Virus record (IMG/VR): IMGVR_UViG_3300045988_127048
DNA: 32,537 nucleotides
Strand: one strand, 5' to 3'
Source: a virus
Positions 21,402 through 30,814 of the stretch are shown here, piece after piece (within the stretch, counting starts at the first letter, position 1; each line of letters opens with the position of its first letter). A program made the translations under genes and the position numbers. The notes under the pieces were generated by a model. That model was given only the letters and a program-made list of their open reading frames with translations, searched no databases and was not told the DNA's origin.

Positions 21402-23545
21402 GACGGCTGACGCTCTACATAGCCGGGAAGCGCGCCGACCTCGATGACGCCTCCTTTCTGCTGATGAACTGGACGCAGGACGAGGCGTCGAGTCCCGCCA
21501 CGGTGCGGAACTCTTACAGCCAGTCCGTGACCCTCCCCGCCACGCCGGCGAACAACGCGATTTTCGGCTACTTCTGGAGGCCCGACAGGGTGACGCCGGA
21601 CGGCGGGTTCGACCCGCTGGCGCGGACTCCGTTCGACCTCGTGTCCGAGACGGGCGACCGCGTCTCCGGGGGATACCTCAAGCTTGACAGCATCGCCACC
21701 GGCCCGGGAGGCGTGGCCTCCTACTCTGTGACCCTTTACGGCGGTCTGGGCGGCTTCTTTTACGCGATGACCAACCGGACGGACGGGCAGAAGCGCAGCC
21801 TTGCGGACATGATGTGGCTCGTCCCCGGGAGCGAGGACGACCCGCTGGTGCCGGAGCATGAGCCGGTGCCGCTGACGGCGGAGACGGTGCGGAACGCCTG
21901 GAACGCGATAGACCCGGAGTTCACGGGGACGAAGTACCCGATTTACCGGCTGCTGAATTTCGCGCCCTGCCTGAACGGCATCCCGACGGAGGGCTTCGAC
22001 GCGAAGCACGCGGTGTACAAGGCCCCGAGTTCAGCCTTGCTGAGAGACAAGGGCTATACGGGTCTATATGTGACAAAGACGGTCGACGGGGTGGAATACT
22101 CCGCGAAGGTCGACAGGACAATCCTGCTCAACCTGCCGGAGAGCGCGACGGAGTGGGAGGCGCAGGACTTGCGCGCCTATCTCCAGCGGCCCGTGCTCAA
22201 CCTCCGGCAGTTCCTGCGCAGCGTGGCCTACTCGTCGAAAGACACGGGCTACGAGCTTGTCCTTGACAGCACGACATTCGGGGGCGCGGACAAGTGGATT
22301 GACGACGTGTGGCTGACGCTTCCCCTGTTCGACCGCAAGAGCTTCGACCCGGCGGAGGCCACGCTGGCGCAGCTGCTGAAGGGCACGCCGTCACCGGCGG
22401 AGGTGCTCATCTCGGTGGCGAAGGCGATGGGGTGGATGTTCGTCTATGATGACGGGCAGGCCACGGTGACGCTGATGGACAGGGCGCTCTACTACTCCGG
22501 GGGCGGGGACGCCGTCGACCTGGAGGGACGGCTTGCCGGGGAGGTGACCATCAGGCCGAACCTGATGGACAGGCGTTTCTACACGTTCGGCACGAAGGAG
22601 GTGCCGGGCGCGTTCGCTAAGCAGTACGACGAGACCTACGGCGTGCAGTACGGGGCGCAGCGGGTCAACACCGGCTACGGCTTCAGCGACGAGGACACCG
22701 AGGCGATGTCCGGGACGGCGCTGAGGGGTGCGGCGGACGTGCTTGACGTGGACGGCCTGTATTTCATCGCGGGGCGGGAATTCACGACAGGCCAGGGGTC
22801 TGACCGCATTGAATACCAGCTCAAGTTCGCGTACAAGGGCGGCGTGTCGTGGCTGCTGTATGCCTCTTCCGGCAAGACGCTTGACTGCAAGGCTTCCGGA
22901 GACACGGCCCCTCAATATCACTACTATGACGAGGCGGTGCCGGGGAGACATTTCGCGGTGCTGCCGCAGTTCTGCGGAGACGACCGCAAAGCGGAGGACG
23001 GGTCGATGGCCCTGCTCTTCCTGGACTCGTTCGCGGTGACGCCTTCGTACGAGGAGGGCGCGGTGTCAGTCCGCCTCCATCTCTCGAACGACACGGCCAC
23101 GATGCTCGACCTCAATGACGGCGTGCCGTGCTGGGACGTCACGCTGGAGCCGTCGGCGGACATTGTAGAAATCACACGGTTCCCGTCCTTCCGCCGGTGG
23201 AAGGTCAACGACGCGGCCGCCGCCACGGAGGGCGTGCCGGTGCTGGATTTCGGGGTGTCGCAGGTGGTGGGCTTTCCGGAACCCCCGGCGAAGACGGTGA
23301 CGCTCTACGGGCGCAGCGGGTGGAACTCGTATGTGGCCGACCGCTTCGACCGCGACACGAAAGTGCTGACGGCGCAGGTCGACCTCTCCGGGCTGGAGGT
23401 GGGGGGCGCGCTGCTCCGCCGCTTCTACAGGTGGGGCGGCTGCGTCTGGAGCCTGAACAAGATTATAAACTACAGCCTCACGACTGACGACCTCACGGAG
23501 TGCGAGTTCGTACAGGTGAAGGACAAGAGCAATTATACGGGATAG
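21398..23545 (+). CDS. Large virion structural protein (tail tip / baseplate candidate)
   Basis: 715-aa ORF between structural genes. No enzymatic motif recognised. Confidence 0.4.
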   Translation: MRRLTLYIAGKRADLDDASFLLMNWTQDEASSPATVRNSYSQSVTLPATPANNAIFGYFWRPDRVTPDGGFDPLARTPFDLVSETGDRVSGGYLKLDSIATGPGGVASYSVTLYGGLGGFFYAMTNRTDGQKRSLADMMWLVPGSEDDPLVPEHEPVPLTAETVRNAWNAIDPEFTGTKYPIYRLLNFAPCLNGIPTEGFDAKHAVYKAPSSALLRDKGYTGLYVTKTVDGVEYSAKVDRTILLNLPESATEWEAQDLRAYLQRPVLNLRQFLRSVAYSSKDTGYELVLDSTTFGGADKWIDDVWLTLPLFDRKSFDPAEATLAQLLKGTPSPAEVLISVAKAMGWMFVYDDGQATVTLMDRALYYSGGGDAVDLEGRLAGEVTIRPNLMDRRFYTFGTKEVPGAFAKQYDETYGVQYGAQRVNTGYGFSDEDTEAMSGTALRGAADVLDVDGLYFIAGREFTTGQGSDRIEYQLKFAYKGGVSWLLYASSGKTLDCKASGDTAPQYHYYDEAVPGRHFAVLPQFCGDDRKAEDGSMALLFLDSFAVTPSYEEGAVSVRLHLSNDTATMLDLNDGVPCWDVTLEPSADIVEITRFPSFRRWKVNDAAAATEGVPVLDFGVSQVVGFPEPPAKTVTLYGRSGWNSYVADRFDRDTKVLTAQVDLSGLEVGGALLRRFYRWGGCVWSLNKIINYSLTTDDLTECEFVQVKDKSNYTG

Positions 23546-23547
23546 TT

Positions 23548-25419
23548 ATGGCGGAGAATACAATGGAGACCCTCACCATCGTCCGGGTGGACTCGGGGGA
23601 GGCGGTCAGGAGCGTCAACGACCTCCGGGACAACATCAAGGCGCTCAAGGGCCAGCTCGGGGAGCTGGAGATAGGGACGCAGGAATATCAGGACACCCTC
23701 AGCGAGCTGAAGGTGAACCAGAACGCGCTCAAGGACGCGATGTATGCCACCTCGTCCTCGATGGACGACCTGGCGGCGGCCGCGACAGGGACGAGCGAGA
23801 CTTACAACTCGCTCGTGCACCGCATGGCGGCGCTGAAGGAGGAGCTGCGCTCCACGGACGTGAGCACCGAGAGCGGGCGCCAGCGGTTCAAGCAGCTGGC
23901 CGACCAGGTCAACGAGGTGAACGACCGGCTGAAGGAGATGGACGCGATGCAGGGGAACTATCAGCGCAACGTGGGCAACTACACGAGCGCGCTGACGAAC
24001 CTGGGCGACATCCTCAAGAGCATGCCGCCGACGCTCGGCAGCACCAAGGAGCAGCTGGGCAGGGTGGGCGAGACGCTCGGCCTCATCGGCAAGCAGCCGG
24101 TGCTGGCCGTCATCGGCCTGCTGGCCCCGGCCATCATGAAGATAACCGAGAGCCTCAAGGACAACGAGACGGTGCTGGCTGCGATAGACAAGGCCATGGA
24201 CGCGCTCCAGCCGATTATCGACCTCATCGGGGTCGCGCTCCAGAAGGTGGCCGAAATCGTGGCCAAGGTGATAGGCTACTTCACGGAGATGGCCGGGGAG
24301 TCCGGGGAGTCGTTCAAGAAAATCATCGCGGGGGCGGTGGGCGTGGGCAATACCGTCCTGCAGTTCCTGCTGACGCCGCTGCGCACGACCATCGAGGCGG
24401 TGAAGGGCCTCGGGGAGGCGGCGAAGAACCTCTTCAAGGGGCAGTTCAAGGAGGCGGCGCGGAGCGCGGGCGAGGCCGCCAAGGGCGTCGGGGAGGCGCT
24501 GCGCAAGGGCTTCGACTTCGAGGCCAACTTCCGCGCAGGCAAGGAGACAGGGGAGAAGTTCGCCGAGGGGCTGGGCTCCACCAAGGATAAGGCCAAGGAG
24601 GCGGGCGCCGAGGTCGGCAAGGCGGCGGGCGAGGGCCTGAAGCTGGCGAAGGTCACGGACGCGATGATCAACGCCACGGACAAGACGATAGCCAAGCAGA
24701 TCGAGGCGCGGAAGGCGGCGGCCGAGGAGATGAAGGCCATCGACGCGCTCATCGAGGAAGACCTCGCCGGGACAATGACCGAGGTGGACGAGGTGCTGTC
24801 CGAAATCGACGCTATGCGGAAGGCGGAGCTGGCCGAGAGGGCTGAGGCTGAGGAGCGCATGCGGCAGCAGCAGGAGGCGGAGCTGGCCGCGATGGCGGAG
24901 CGCGTGCGGCAGCAGAAGGCCCTGATGGAGGGGGCGGCGTCCGCCACGTCCGCCATCCTCGGGAGCATCGCGGACATGTATGAGGCCAACGGGGACGTCT
25001 CGGTGGAGCAGGCAGAGCGCATCAAGGCGATGCGCATCGCGTCCGCCACCATCGACACCATCAGCGGCGCGATAGCGGCATATACAGGCACGATAGAGGT
25101 CATCAAAGGGCCGGCGGGCGTCATCCTCGGTGCCGTGCAGGCGGCGGCCGTGACGGCGACGGGACTCGCGCAGATAGCGCAGATACGCAACACCTCCGTG
25201 ACGGGCGGGGGAGGCGGCAGCGCCTCCGGGGTCAGCGTGGCGCAGGCCGCGCCGTCCACGGCCCTGAACCTGGAGCAGGTCAAGAGCGTCACCGCCGGCG
25301 GGGGGACGGAGCGCCTGAACGCGCGGCAGCGGCAGTCGTCACGCGTGTACATCCTCGCGTCCGACCTGCAGGCGGAGAGGAACGACGCCCGGGCGAGGGT
25401 GGCGGAGACATCATTCTGA
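23548..25419 (+). CDS. Tape-measure-like protein (or internal virion protein)
   Basis: 623 aa. It has a long N-terminal coiled coil, central hydrophobic/Gly-Ala segments (PVLAVIGLLAPAIM; AGAVGVGNTVLQFLL) and a C-terminal AIAAYTGTIEVIKGPAGVILGAVQAAAV. Confidence 0.55.
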   Translation: MAENTMETLTIVRVDSGEAVRSVNDLRDNIKALKGQLGELEIGTQEYQDTLSELKVNQNALKDAMYATSSSMDDLAAAATGTSETYNSLVHRMAALKEELRSTDVSTESGRQRFKQLADQVNEVNDRLKEMDAMQGNYQRNVGNYTSALTNLGDILKSMPPTLGSTKEQLGRVGETLGLIGKQPVLAVIGLLAPAIMKITESLKDNETVLAAIDKAMDALQPIIDLIGVALQKVAEIVAKVIGYFTEMAGESGESFKKIIAGAVGVGNTVLQFLLTPLRTTIEAVKGLGEAAKNLFKGQFKEAARSAGEAAKGVGEALRKGFDFEANFRAGKETGEKFAEGLGSTKDKAKEAGAEVGKAAGEGLKLAKVTDAMINATDKTIAKQIEARKAAAEEMKAIDALIEEDLAGTMTEVDEVLSEIDAMRKAELAERAEAEERMRQQQEAELAAMAERVRQQKALMEGAASATSAILGSIADMYEANGDVSVEQAERIKAMRIASATIDTISGAIAAYTGTIEVIKGPAGVILGAVQAAAVTATGLAQIAQIRNTSVTGGGGGSASGVSVAQAAPSTALNLEQVKSVTAGGGTERLNARQRQSSRVYILASDLQAERNDARARVAETSF

Positions 25420-25423
25420 CGGA

Positions 25424-25450
25424 GCGGCCCTGTTACAGACGGGGCCGTTT
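25424..25450 (+). terminator. Hairpin terminator (weaker)
   Basis: Stem cggccc/gggccg with flanking G-T pairs, then TTT. Confidence 0.45.
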
Positions 25451-25478
25451 CCATATCCACCCGTAAAAACGGCAAAAG

Positions 25479-26993
25479 ATGGGCGATTTGGCGACCATAA
25501 ACGGAATTCCGGTATACGACGCCCGTGTCGGCTCCGACGGCACGGGAATGCTGCGTATATCGCTCGTGGATGACCCGGCGGTGTGCTCCGGCTTCGTGGC
25601 CATGGCCTCGGAGCGGGCGGTGCAGCTGTACCGGGTGGAGGACGAGGAGAAGCGGCTGGTCTTCGGCGTGGTGATGCGCGCGGACTTCCCGATGTACCGC
25701 AAGGACGACAAGAACGGGGAGTATTATGTCATCTACCGCCGCGACACTATCCGTCAGATGGCGGAGCAGTACCTCGCGGACGGGCGGCAGAACGACGTGA
25801 ACCTGATGCACCGGGAGGACTCCGACGTGGACGGCGTGCAGATGGTGCAGTGGTTCCTCAAGGACGGGGACAGGGGGCTCAGCCCCGACGGCTTCGGGGA
25901 CATCGCCGACGGGTCGCTGTTCGCGGAGTTCCACGTCACCAACGACGAGGTGTGGGACGAGGTGAAGGCCGGCACCTATAAGGGCTTCAGCCTTGAGGGC
26001 GTGTTCGACTTCGTGCCCGACCGCAACCAGGACAGGGTCGACAGGGACGCGGCCCGTGCCGGGGAGTTCAGCAGGCAACTTAACAATTCATCGAAGATGA
26101 GAATATCAAAATTCAAGGCTGCGCTGGCCAAGGTGCTGGCGCAGTTCGGCAGCGTGACGACCGACAAGGGCGTCCTCGTCTGGGACGGTGACGGCGACCT
26201 CAAGGAGGGGGACGCCGTGTCCGTGGAGGCGGAGGACGGCACCACGTCGCAGGCGGCTGACGGGGAGTACAAGACCCCCGACAACAAGACGATAGTCGTG
26301 GCGGACGGCAAGGTGAGCGAAATCCGCGACCCGGACGCCGAGGTGGCCACCACCGAGGAGGAGTTCGGAGACGTGGACACTGACAAGGGACGCCTGTCGT
26401 GGGACGGCGACGGCGACCTCAAAGCCGGGGACGAGGTGTTCGTGACCGGCGAGGACGGGGAACGCGAGGCCGCTCCGGATGGAGAGTACGTCACCGCGGA
26501 CGGCAAGGTCATCAGGGTCAAGGACGGCAAGGTGGAGGACATCACCGACGACCGCGCCGAGGTGGCCGCGAGGCGCGTGCGGCAGGCGTACGAGATGACC
26601 TACAACGAGAAGACCGTGCAGCTCGCGGAGGCCGTCGCCGCCAAGGGCTACAAGGATTTCTATCTCACTGAAGCGTCAGATAGCCATGTGGTCATCTGCA
26701 CCTGGGACGAGGACTACAACTCGAAATATGTGCGCATCGCGGTGACGCGCGGGGAGGACGATTCCGTCACCCTCGGCGCCGAGACCGAGGTGAAGCCGGC
26801 ATACGTGCCGGTGGACTACGACATCGACGCCGCGCAGACCGAGGCCACGGCGCTCCGCCGTCAGGTCGAGGAGCTGAAGGCGCAGCCGCTGGCGAAGCCG
26901 GTGAAGGAGGTCGTGCAGACCACCGTGAAGTATGTCCGGACGGGCAACAAGGGCCTCGACCGTCTGGCCGCCATCCTTGAGGCCGGGAAATAA
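25479..26993 (+). CDS. XkdF-like prohead protease domain fused to a scaffold-like C-terminal region
   Basis: 504 aa. The N-terminal roughly 190 aa (NLMHRED...GSLFAEFHVTNDEVWDEVKAGTYKGFSLEG) fits the XkdF-type pattern. The C-terminal half contains two 59-aa repeats (26154-26330 and 26373-26549) and a coiled coil. The gene lies directly upstream of the capsid gene. Confidence 0.6.
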   Translation: MGDLATINGIPVYDARVGSDGTGMLRISLVDDPAVCSGFVAMASERAVQLYRVEDEEKRLVFGVVMRADFPMYRKDDKNGEYYVIYRRDTIRQMAEQYLADGRQNDVNLMHREDSDVDGVQMVQWFLKDGDRGLSPDGFGDIADGSLFAEFHVTNDEVWDEVKAGTYKGFSLEGVFDFVPDRNQDRVDRDAARAGEFSRQLNNSSKMRISKFKAALAKVLAQFGSVTTDKGVLVWDGDGDLKEGDAVSVEAEDGTTSQAADGEYKTPDNKTIVVADGKVSEIRDPDAEVATTEEEFGDVDTDKGRLSWDGDGDLKAGDEVFVTGEDGEREAAPDGEYVTADGKVIRVKDGKVEDITDDRAEVAARRVRQAYEMTYNEKTVQLAEAVAAKGYKDFYLTEASDSHVVICTWDEDYNSKYVRIAVTRGEDDSVTLGAETEVKPAYVPVDYDIDAAQTEATALRRQVEELKAQPLAKPVKEVVQTTVKYVRTGNKGLDRLAAILEAGK

Positions 26994-27023
26994 AGATCGA
27001 CAAACACTCAAAAAACAGCAATT

Positions 27024-28043
27024 ATGGCAAACGTTAATTTTCTTGTGAACACCCTGCCGGACTACGTGCAGACCAACAGGGACATCCTGCTCAAGACCTT
27101 CGCCCTCGCCGGTGCCGGTACGAGGGCGAAGATGACCATCCAGACGGGCGTGAAGCTCAACGCCTATGTCAATTTCCTCGATGTCGACCCGACCCTTCAG
27201 GACGGGACCGCCTGCGGCTTCAACGCGGCGGGTGACGTGGAGCTCTCGCAGCGCCTTCTGAACGCCCCGCCTATCAAGGTCAACATGGAGATATGCCCGC
27301 GCACCCTCATCGGCAAGTATGCCGAGTACCTCGTGCGCAACAACGCCAACGCGGAGAGCCTCCCGTTCGAGGCCGAGGTGATGCAGGGCGTCACCGACGT
27401 GCTCAACAACAAGATCGAGAAGCTCGTATGGCAGGGCGACAAGACCAAGACCAGCGACGCCGACCTCAAGTGGATTGACGGCCTCCTGAAGATTCTCGCC
27501 GGGGAGAGCACCGCGAAGAAGGTGGCCATCGCCGCCGGATCGTCAGCCTACGCCGGCATCATCGCCGTGTTCAAGGCCCTGCCGGCCGAGGCCCGCAAGA
27601 GGGGCGCGACCATCTTCGTGGCCCCGGAGATTTTCGACCAGTTCGCGCTGGAGCTCGTGGCCGCGAACCTCTACCACTACAGCGGCCCTCAGAATGAGGA
27701 GCCGTCCGAGATCGTGCTCCCGGGCACCGCGTGCCGCATCGCCAAGACCTACGGCCTTGAGGGGGCGTTGAAGATTGTCGGCACTTTCGCCCGCAACCTC
27801 ATCTACGGCACCGACATGCAGGGCGACGAGGAGGACATCCGCCTGTGGTACTCCGAAGACCACGACGTCTTCCGCCTGAAGGTTCTCTGGAACTCCGGCG
27901 TGCAGGTGGCGTTCCCTGACCTCTGCGTGGTCGGCACCTTCGCGGCGGCACCGACCAGCCCGGCGGGCGTCGAGAGCATCGCGGCCAACGTGGCCAAGCT
28001 CGCTGACGATTCACACGTCTTCAACACGAAGACGGCGGCATAG
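27024..28043 (+). CDS. Major capsid protein
   Basis: 339 aa. It follows the protease/scaffold gene and is followed by a strong terminator. The N-terminal MANVNFLVNTLPDYVQTNRD... is typical of HK97-fold capsid proteins of Bacteroidota phages. Confidence 0.7.
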   Translation: MANVNFLVNTLPDYVQTNRDILLKTFALAGAGTRAKMTIQTGVKLNAYVNFLDVDPTLQDGTACGFNAAGDVELSQRLLNAPPIKVNMEICPRTLIGKYAEYLVRNNANAESLPFEAEVMQGVTDVLNNKIEKLVWQGDKTKTSDADLKWIDGLLKILAGESTAKKVAIAAGSSAYAGIIAVFKALPAEARKRGATIFVAPEIFDQFALELVAANLYHYSGPQNEEPSEIVLPGTACRIAKTYGLEGALKIVGTFARNLIYGTDMQGDEEDIRLWYSEDHDVFRLKVLWNSGVQVAFPDLCVVGTFAAAPTSPAGVESIAANVAKLADDSHVFNTKTAA

Positions 28044-28072
28044 ACAAGTTTAACGCACGGCTTGTGGACAGG

Positions 28073-28097
28073 GGGCGGGGCGGTGCCCCGCCCTTTT
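28073..28097 (+). terminator. Strong rho-independent terminator after the capsid gene
   Basis: A 9-bp GC stem gggcggggc/gccccgccc with a 3-nt loop, then TTTT. Confidence 0.8.
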
Positions 28098-28125
28098 GCC
28101 TGCCGGCCATAAAACAGACAGACAC

Positions 28126-28653
28126 ATGAGTTGCACACAGACACTCGGCGGCATCGCCCACGACTGCGCCCCATCGATGGGCGGCATCGTGGAGGTGTAC
28201 ATAGCCAACGCGGCGGACGTCTCCGCCGTGGCCGTCAAGGACGGCAAGATAAGCGCGATCACCATGGCCGCGTCCGCGAAGTTCAAGGGTTACAGCTTCG
28301 CCCGTCAGGCGGGGAGCCTGACATCGACCTACACCATCGACAAGCCCAACGGCGTGACCTACGTCCAGAGCGACCTCGTCCTCCCGTTCAACCGGATGGA
28401 GACGGCGAAGCGCGTGGAGATGTCCGCCCTCGCCACGGGCGAGCTGGCCTGCATCGTCAAGGACGCCAACGGCCTGCTCTGGTACCTCGGCAAGGACGAG
28501 CCAGTCATGGCCTCCGCCGGGGACGGGCAGACGGGCACCGCGTGGAGCGACCGCAACGGGTACAGCATCACCCTCCAGGACACCTCCCTCGAGATGCCTT
28601 TCGAGATTCTCACCGGGGAGGGCGGCGTCGACCTGTCGACCATCACGGACTGA
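28126..28653 (+). CDS. Virion structural protein (possible major tail/tube protein)
   Basis: 175 aa from the ATG at 28126, just after the terminator. The sequence looks beta-rich. Function inferred from position only. Confidence 0.35.
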   Translation: MSCTQTLGGIAHDCAPSMGGIVEVYIANAADVSAVAVKDGKISAITMAASAKFKGYSFARQAGSLTSTYTIDKPNGVTYVQSDLVLPFNRMETAKRVEMSALATGELACIVKDANGLLWYLGKDEPVMASAGDGQTGTAWSDRNGYSITLQDTSLEMPFEILTGEGGVDLSTITD

Positions 28654-28682
28654 CACTCTTTCCATGTTCTTTTTCCTTTTCC

Positions 28683-28711
28683 GGGGCGCCCCTTTCACGG
28701 GACGCCCCTTT
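28683..28711 (+). terminator. Hairpin terminator
   Basis: Stem ggggcg(c)ccc/ggg(a)cgcccc, then TTT. Confidence 0.5.
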
Positions 28712-28759
28712 GCGGTTACGGAACGGGCGCGGGACATATACACACGTAAAAGCGACAGG

Positions 28760-29101
28760 ATGATATATCTGAGCAACACAAGCGGGCCGCAGGAGCTGCG
28801 GCTGATGAAGAGCCGGGCGGGGACACCCGCGAGGCTCAGGCTCCGCAGCTGCATCGACCACCGGGAGGTCGACGCCACGGTGGAGGTGGTGTCGTCCGGG
28901 GCGGTGTCCGACACGCTCCGGGTGTCTCTCCCGGAGACGCGCAAGGCGTGGGAGCGCCCGGACGGGGAGTGGGAATACGACCTCCTGGACGCCGGCGGCG
29001 ACAGGCTGGCCACCGGCGTGGCCGTGGTCGGGGACTACGGCGCCGACCGGCAGGAGAACGAGGACAACGAGATAATTTACAGACAATATGGCAACGAATG
29101 A
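28760..29101 (+). CDS. Hypothetical structural-module protein
   Basis: 113 aa from the ATG at 28760, which is preceded by the ATAT..CGTAAAA motif. It overlaps the portal start. Confidence 0.45.
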   Translation: MIYLSNTSGPQELRLMKSRAGTPARLRLRSCIDHREVDATVEVVSSGAVSDTLRVSLPETRKAWERPDGEWEYDLLDAGGDRLATGVAVVGDYGADRQENEDNEIIYRQYGNE

Positions 29102-30224
29102 AATCAAGCGCAAGGCGGTCAGCTTCGCGGCCCTCGACCCGTATCTGGAGACGAAGATCATGTCTCCCCGGGAGAAGGTCGCGCGGGGCCGGGACGGCCT
29201 TGTGGAGTGGGGGGACGGCAACCTGTACCCCGAATACCTGACGGAGCTCTACGACACCGTGCCGACGCTCCAGAGCATCATCGACGGCACGGTGGACTTC
29301 ATCGTCGGCGACGGCGTCGAGATAATGCAGCTCCGGGGAGGGCTGGCCCCGTCGGCGATGAACCTGCGGGGGGACACCATCGAGGAGCAGCTGCGTGACG
29401 TGGCCACCGACCTCAACATGTACGGCGGCTTCGCGCTCCAGGTCATCAGGGGGCGGGACGGACGCCCGGCGGAAATCTACTACATCGACGTCCGCCGCCT
29501 GCGCACGAACCGCGACAACACCGTCTTCTGGTGGTGCGAGGACTGGGAGAAGCGGACGGCGCACGAGACGGTGCGCTATCCGGTGTTCATGCCGTCGCTT
29601 GACTGGGCGGCGCTAGACGAGGAGGGGCGGAGCCTGCACGCGTCGAGCATCGTCTTCGTGAAGACGGTCCGGCGGCGCGTCTATCCTGTGCCGAAGTTCG
29701 CCTCCGCCGTCAAGGCCGGGGAGATAGAGCGCGGAATCGACGACTTCCACCTCAACTCCCTGGACAACGGGTTCACGAGCTCGCAGATCGTGAATTTCAA
29801 CAACGGCGAAACGAGTGACGAGATGAAGGAGCAGATCGAGGACGAGTTCACGGAGAAGTTCAGCGGGCACTCCAACGCGGGGCGTATCCTCTTCAGCTGG
29901 AACAACTCGAAGGACACGGCCACGACCATCGAGTCCCCGACGGTGGAGGACTTCGGCGACCGCTACAAGGCCCTCTCGGAGCGCTCGCGGCAGCAGCTGT
30001 TCACGGCGTTCCGGGCGAACCCGAACCTGTTCGGCATCCCGACCGAGGGGAACGGCTTCGCGAACGAGCAGTACGAGGAGAGCTTCCGCCTGTACAACCG
30101 CACGGCGGTGCGGCCGATGCAGCGGCTGATTTGTGACGCCTACGACCGCATCTACGGCCAGACGGGCGTCCTGACGATAACGCCGTTCTCTTTGGATTAC
30201 GGCACGGAGAAGGAGGTGCGGTGA
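29088..30224 (+). CDS. Portal protein
   Basis: 378 aa. Size and sequence pattern (VEWGDGNLYPEYL..., NMYGGFALQVI, FWWCEDW) are typical of small phage portal proteins. Confidence 0.65.
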   Translation: MATNEIKRKAVSFAALDPYLETKIMSPREKVARGRDGLVEWGDGNLYPEYLTELYDTVPTLQSIIDGTVDFIVGDGVEIMQLRGGLAPSAMNLRGDTIEEQLRDVATDLNMYGGFALQVIRGRDGRPAEIYYIDVRRLRTNRDNTVFWWCEDWEKRTAHETVRYPVFMPSLDWAALDEEGRSLHASSIVFVKTVRRRVYPVPKFASAVKAGEIERGIDDFHLNSLDNGFTSSQIVNFNNGETSDEMKEQIEDEFTEKFSGHSNAGRILFSWNNSKDTATTIESPTVEDFGDRYKALSERSRQQLFTAFRANPNLFGIPTEGNGFANEQYEESFRLYNRTAVRPMQRLICDAYDRIYGQTGVLTITPFSLDYGTEKEVR

Positions 30225-30814
30225 TGGCGGCACAGGTGGAGATACTTCTGACTTCCGAGAAGTTTGTGAAGTCAGTGACGAGCATCAGCGACAACCTCGC
30301 CGGCAAGTACCTGCTCCCGGCGATACGGGAGGCGCAGGACATGCAGCTGCGCAACGTCCTCGGGGGCGCGCTGCTGGCGCGCCTGAAGACGCTCGTGCGG
30401 GCGGACTTCAACGGGGACTTCAATGACGACTTCCTGGCGGCGTATGACGGCAGCGAGCCGGATTACCGCGACCTGCTGCGGCGCTGCCAGTACTTCCTCG
30501 CATACACGTCCGTGGTGGAGGTGCTGTGGAAGGTGTCCTTCAAGGTGGCGAACTTCGGCGTGGTGCGTGACACGGACGACAACCACCAGGGGGCGAGCGT
30601 CGAGGAGCTGAGCCGCACGCAGGCGTATTGGCAGGCGAAGGCGGACGGGTGCTGCCTCGACCTGCAGAACTGGCTCCTCGAGCGTCGGGAGAAGTTCCCG
30701 GAGCTCACGGAGGCGCAGTGCGCGCGCATCGGCTCGAACCTGCGGAGCGCCGCCACGTGCGGGGTATGGCTCGGAGGCCCGAGGGGCAAGCGCCGGGGAG
30801 GGCGCAGGAGATGA
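30224..30814 (+). CDS. Head-tail connector / head completion protein candidate
   Basis: 196 aa, TGATG-coupled to the portal gene, with a basic C-terminal tail. Confidence 0.35.
   Translation: MAAQVEILLTSEKFVKSVTSISDNLAGKYLLPAIREAQDMQLRNVLGGALLARLKTLVRADFNGDFNDDFLAAYDGSEPDYRDLLRRCQYFLAYTSVVEVLWKVSFKVANFGVVRDTDDNHQGASVEELSRTQAYWQAKADGCCLDLQNWLLERREKFPELTEAQCARIGSNLRSAATCGVWLGGPRGKRRGGRRR

Noticed and set aside
24276-26078. 600-aa ORF on the - strand, antisense to the tape-measure-like and protease genes
   Set aside because: It is an Ala/Ser/Arg/Pro-rich low-complexity translation, typical of the antisense frame of GC-rich genes. It fully overlaps + strand genes that have recognisable motifs and coupled start/stop architecture.
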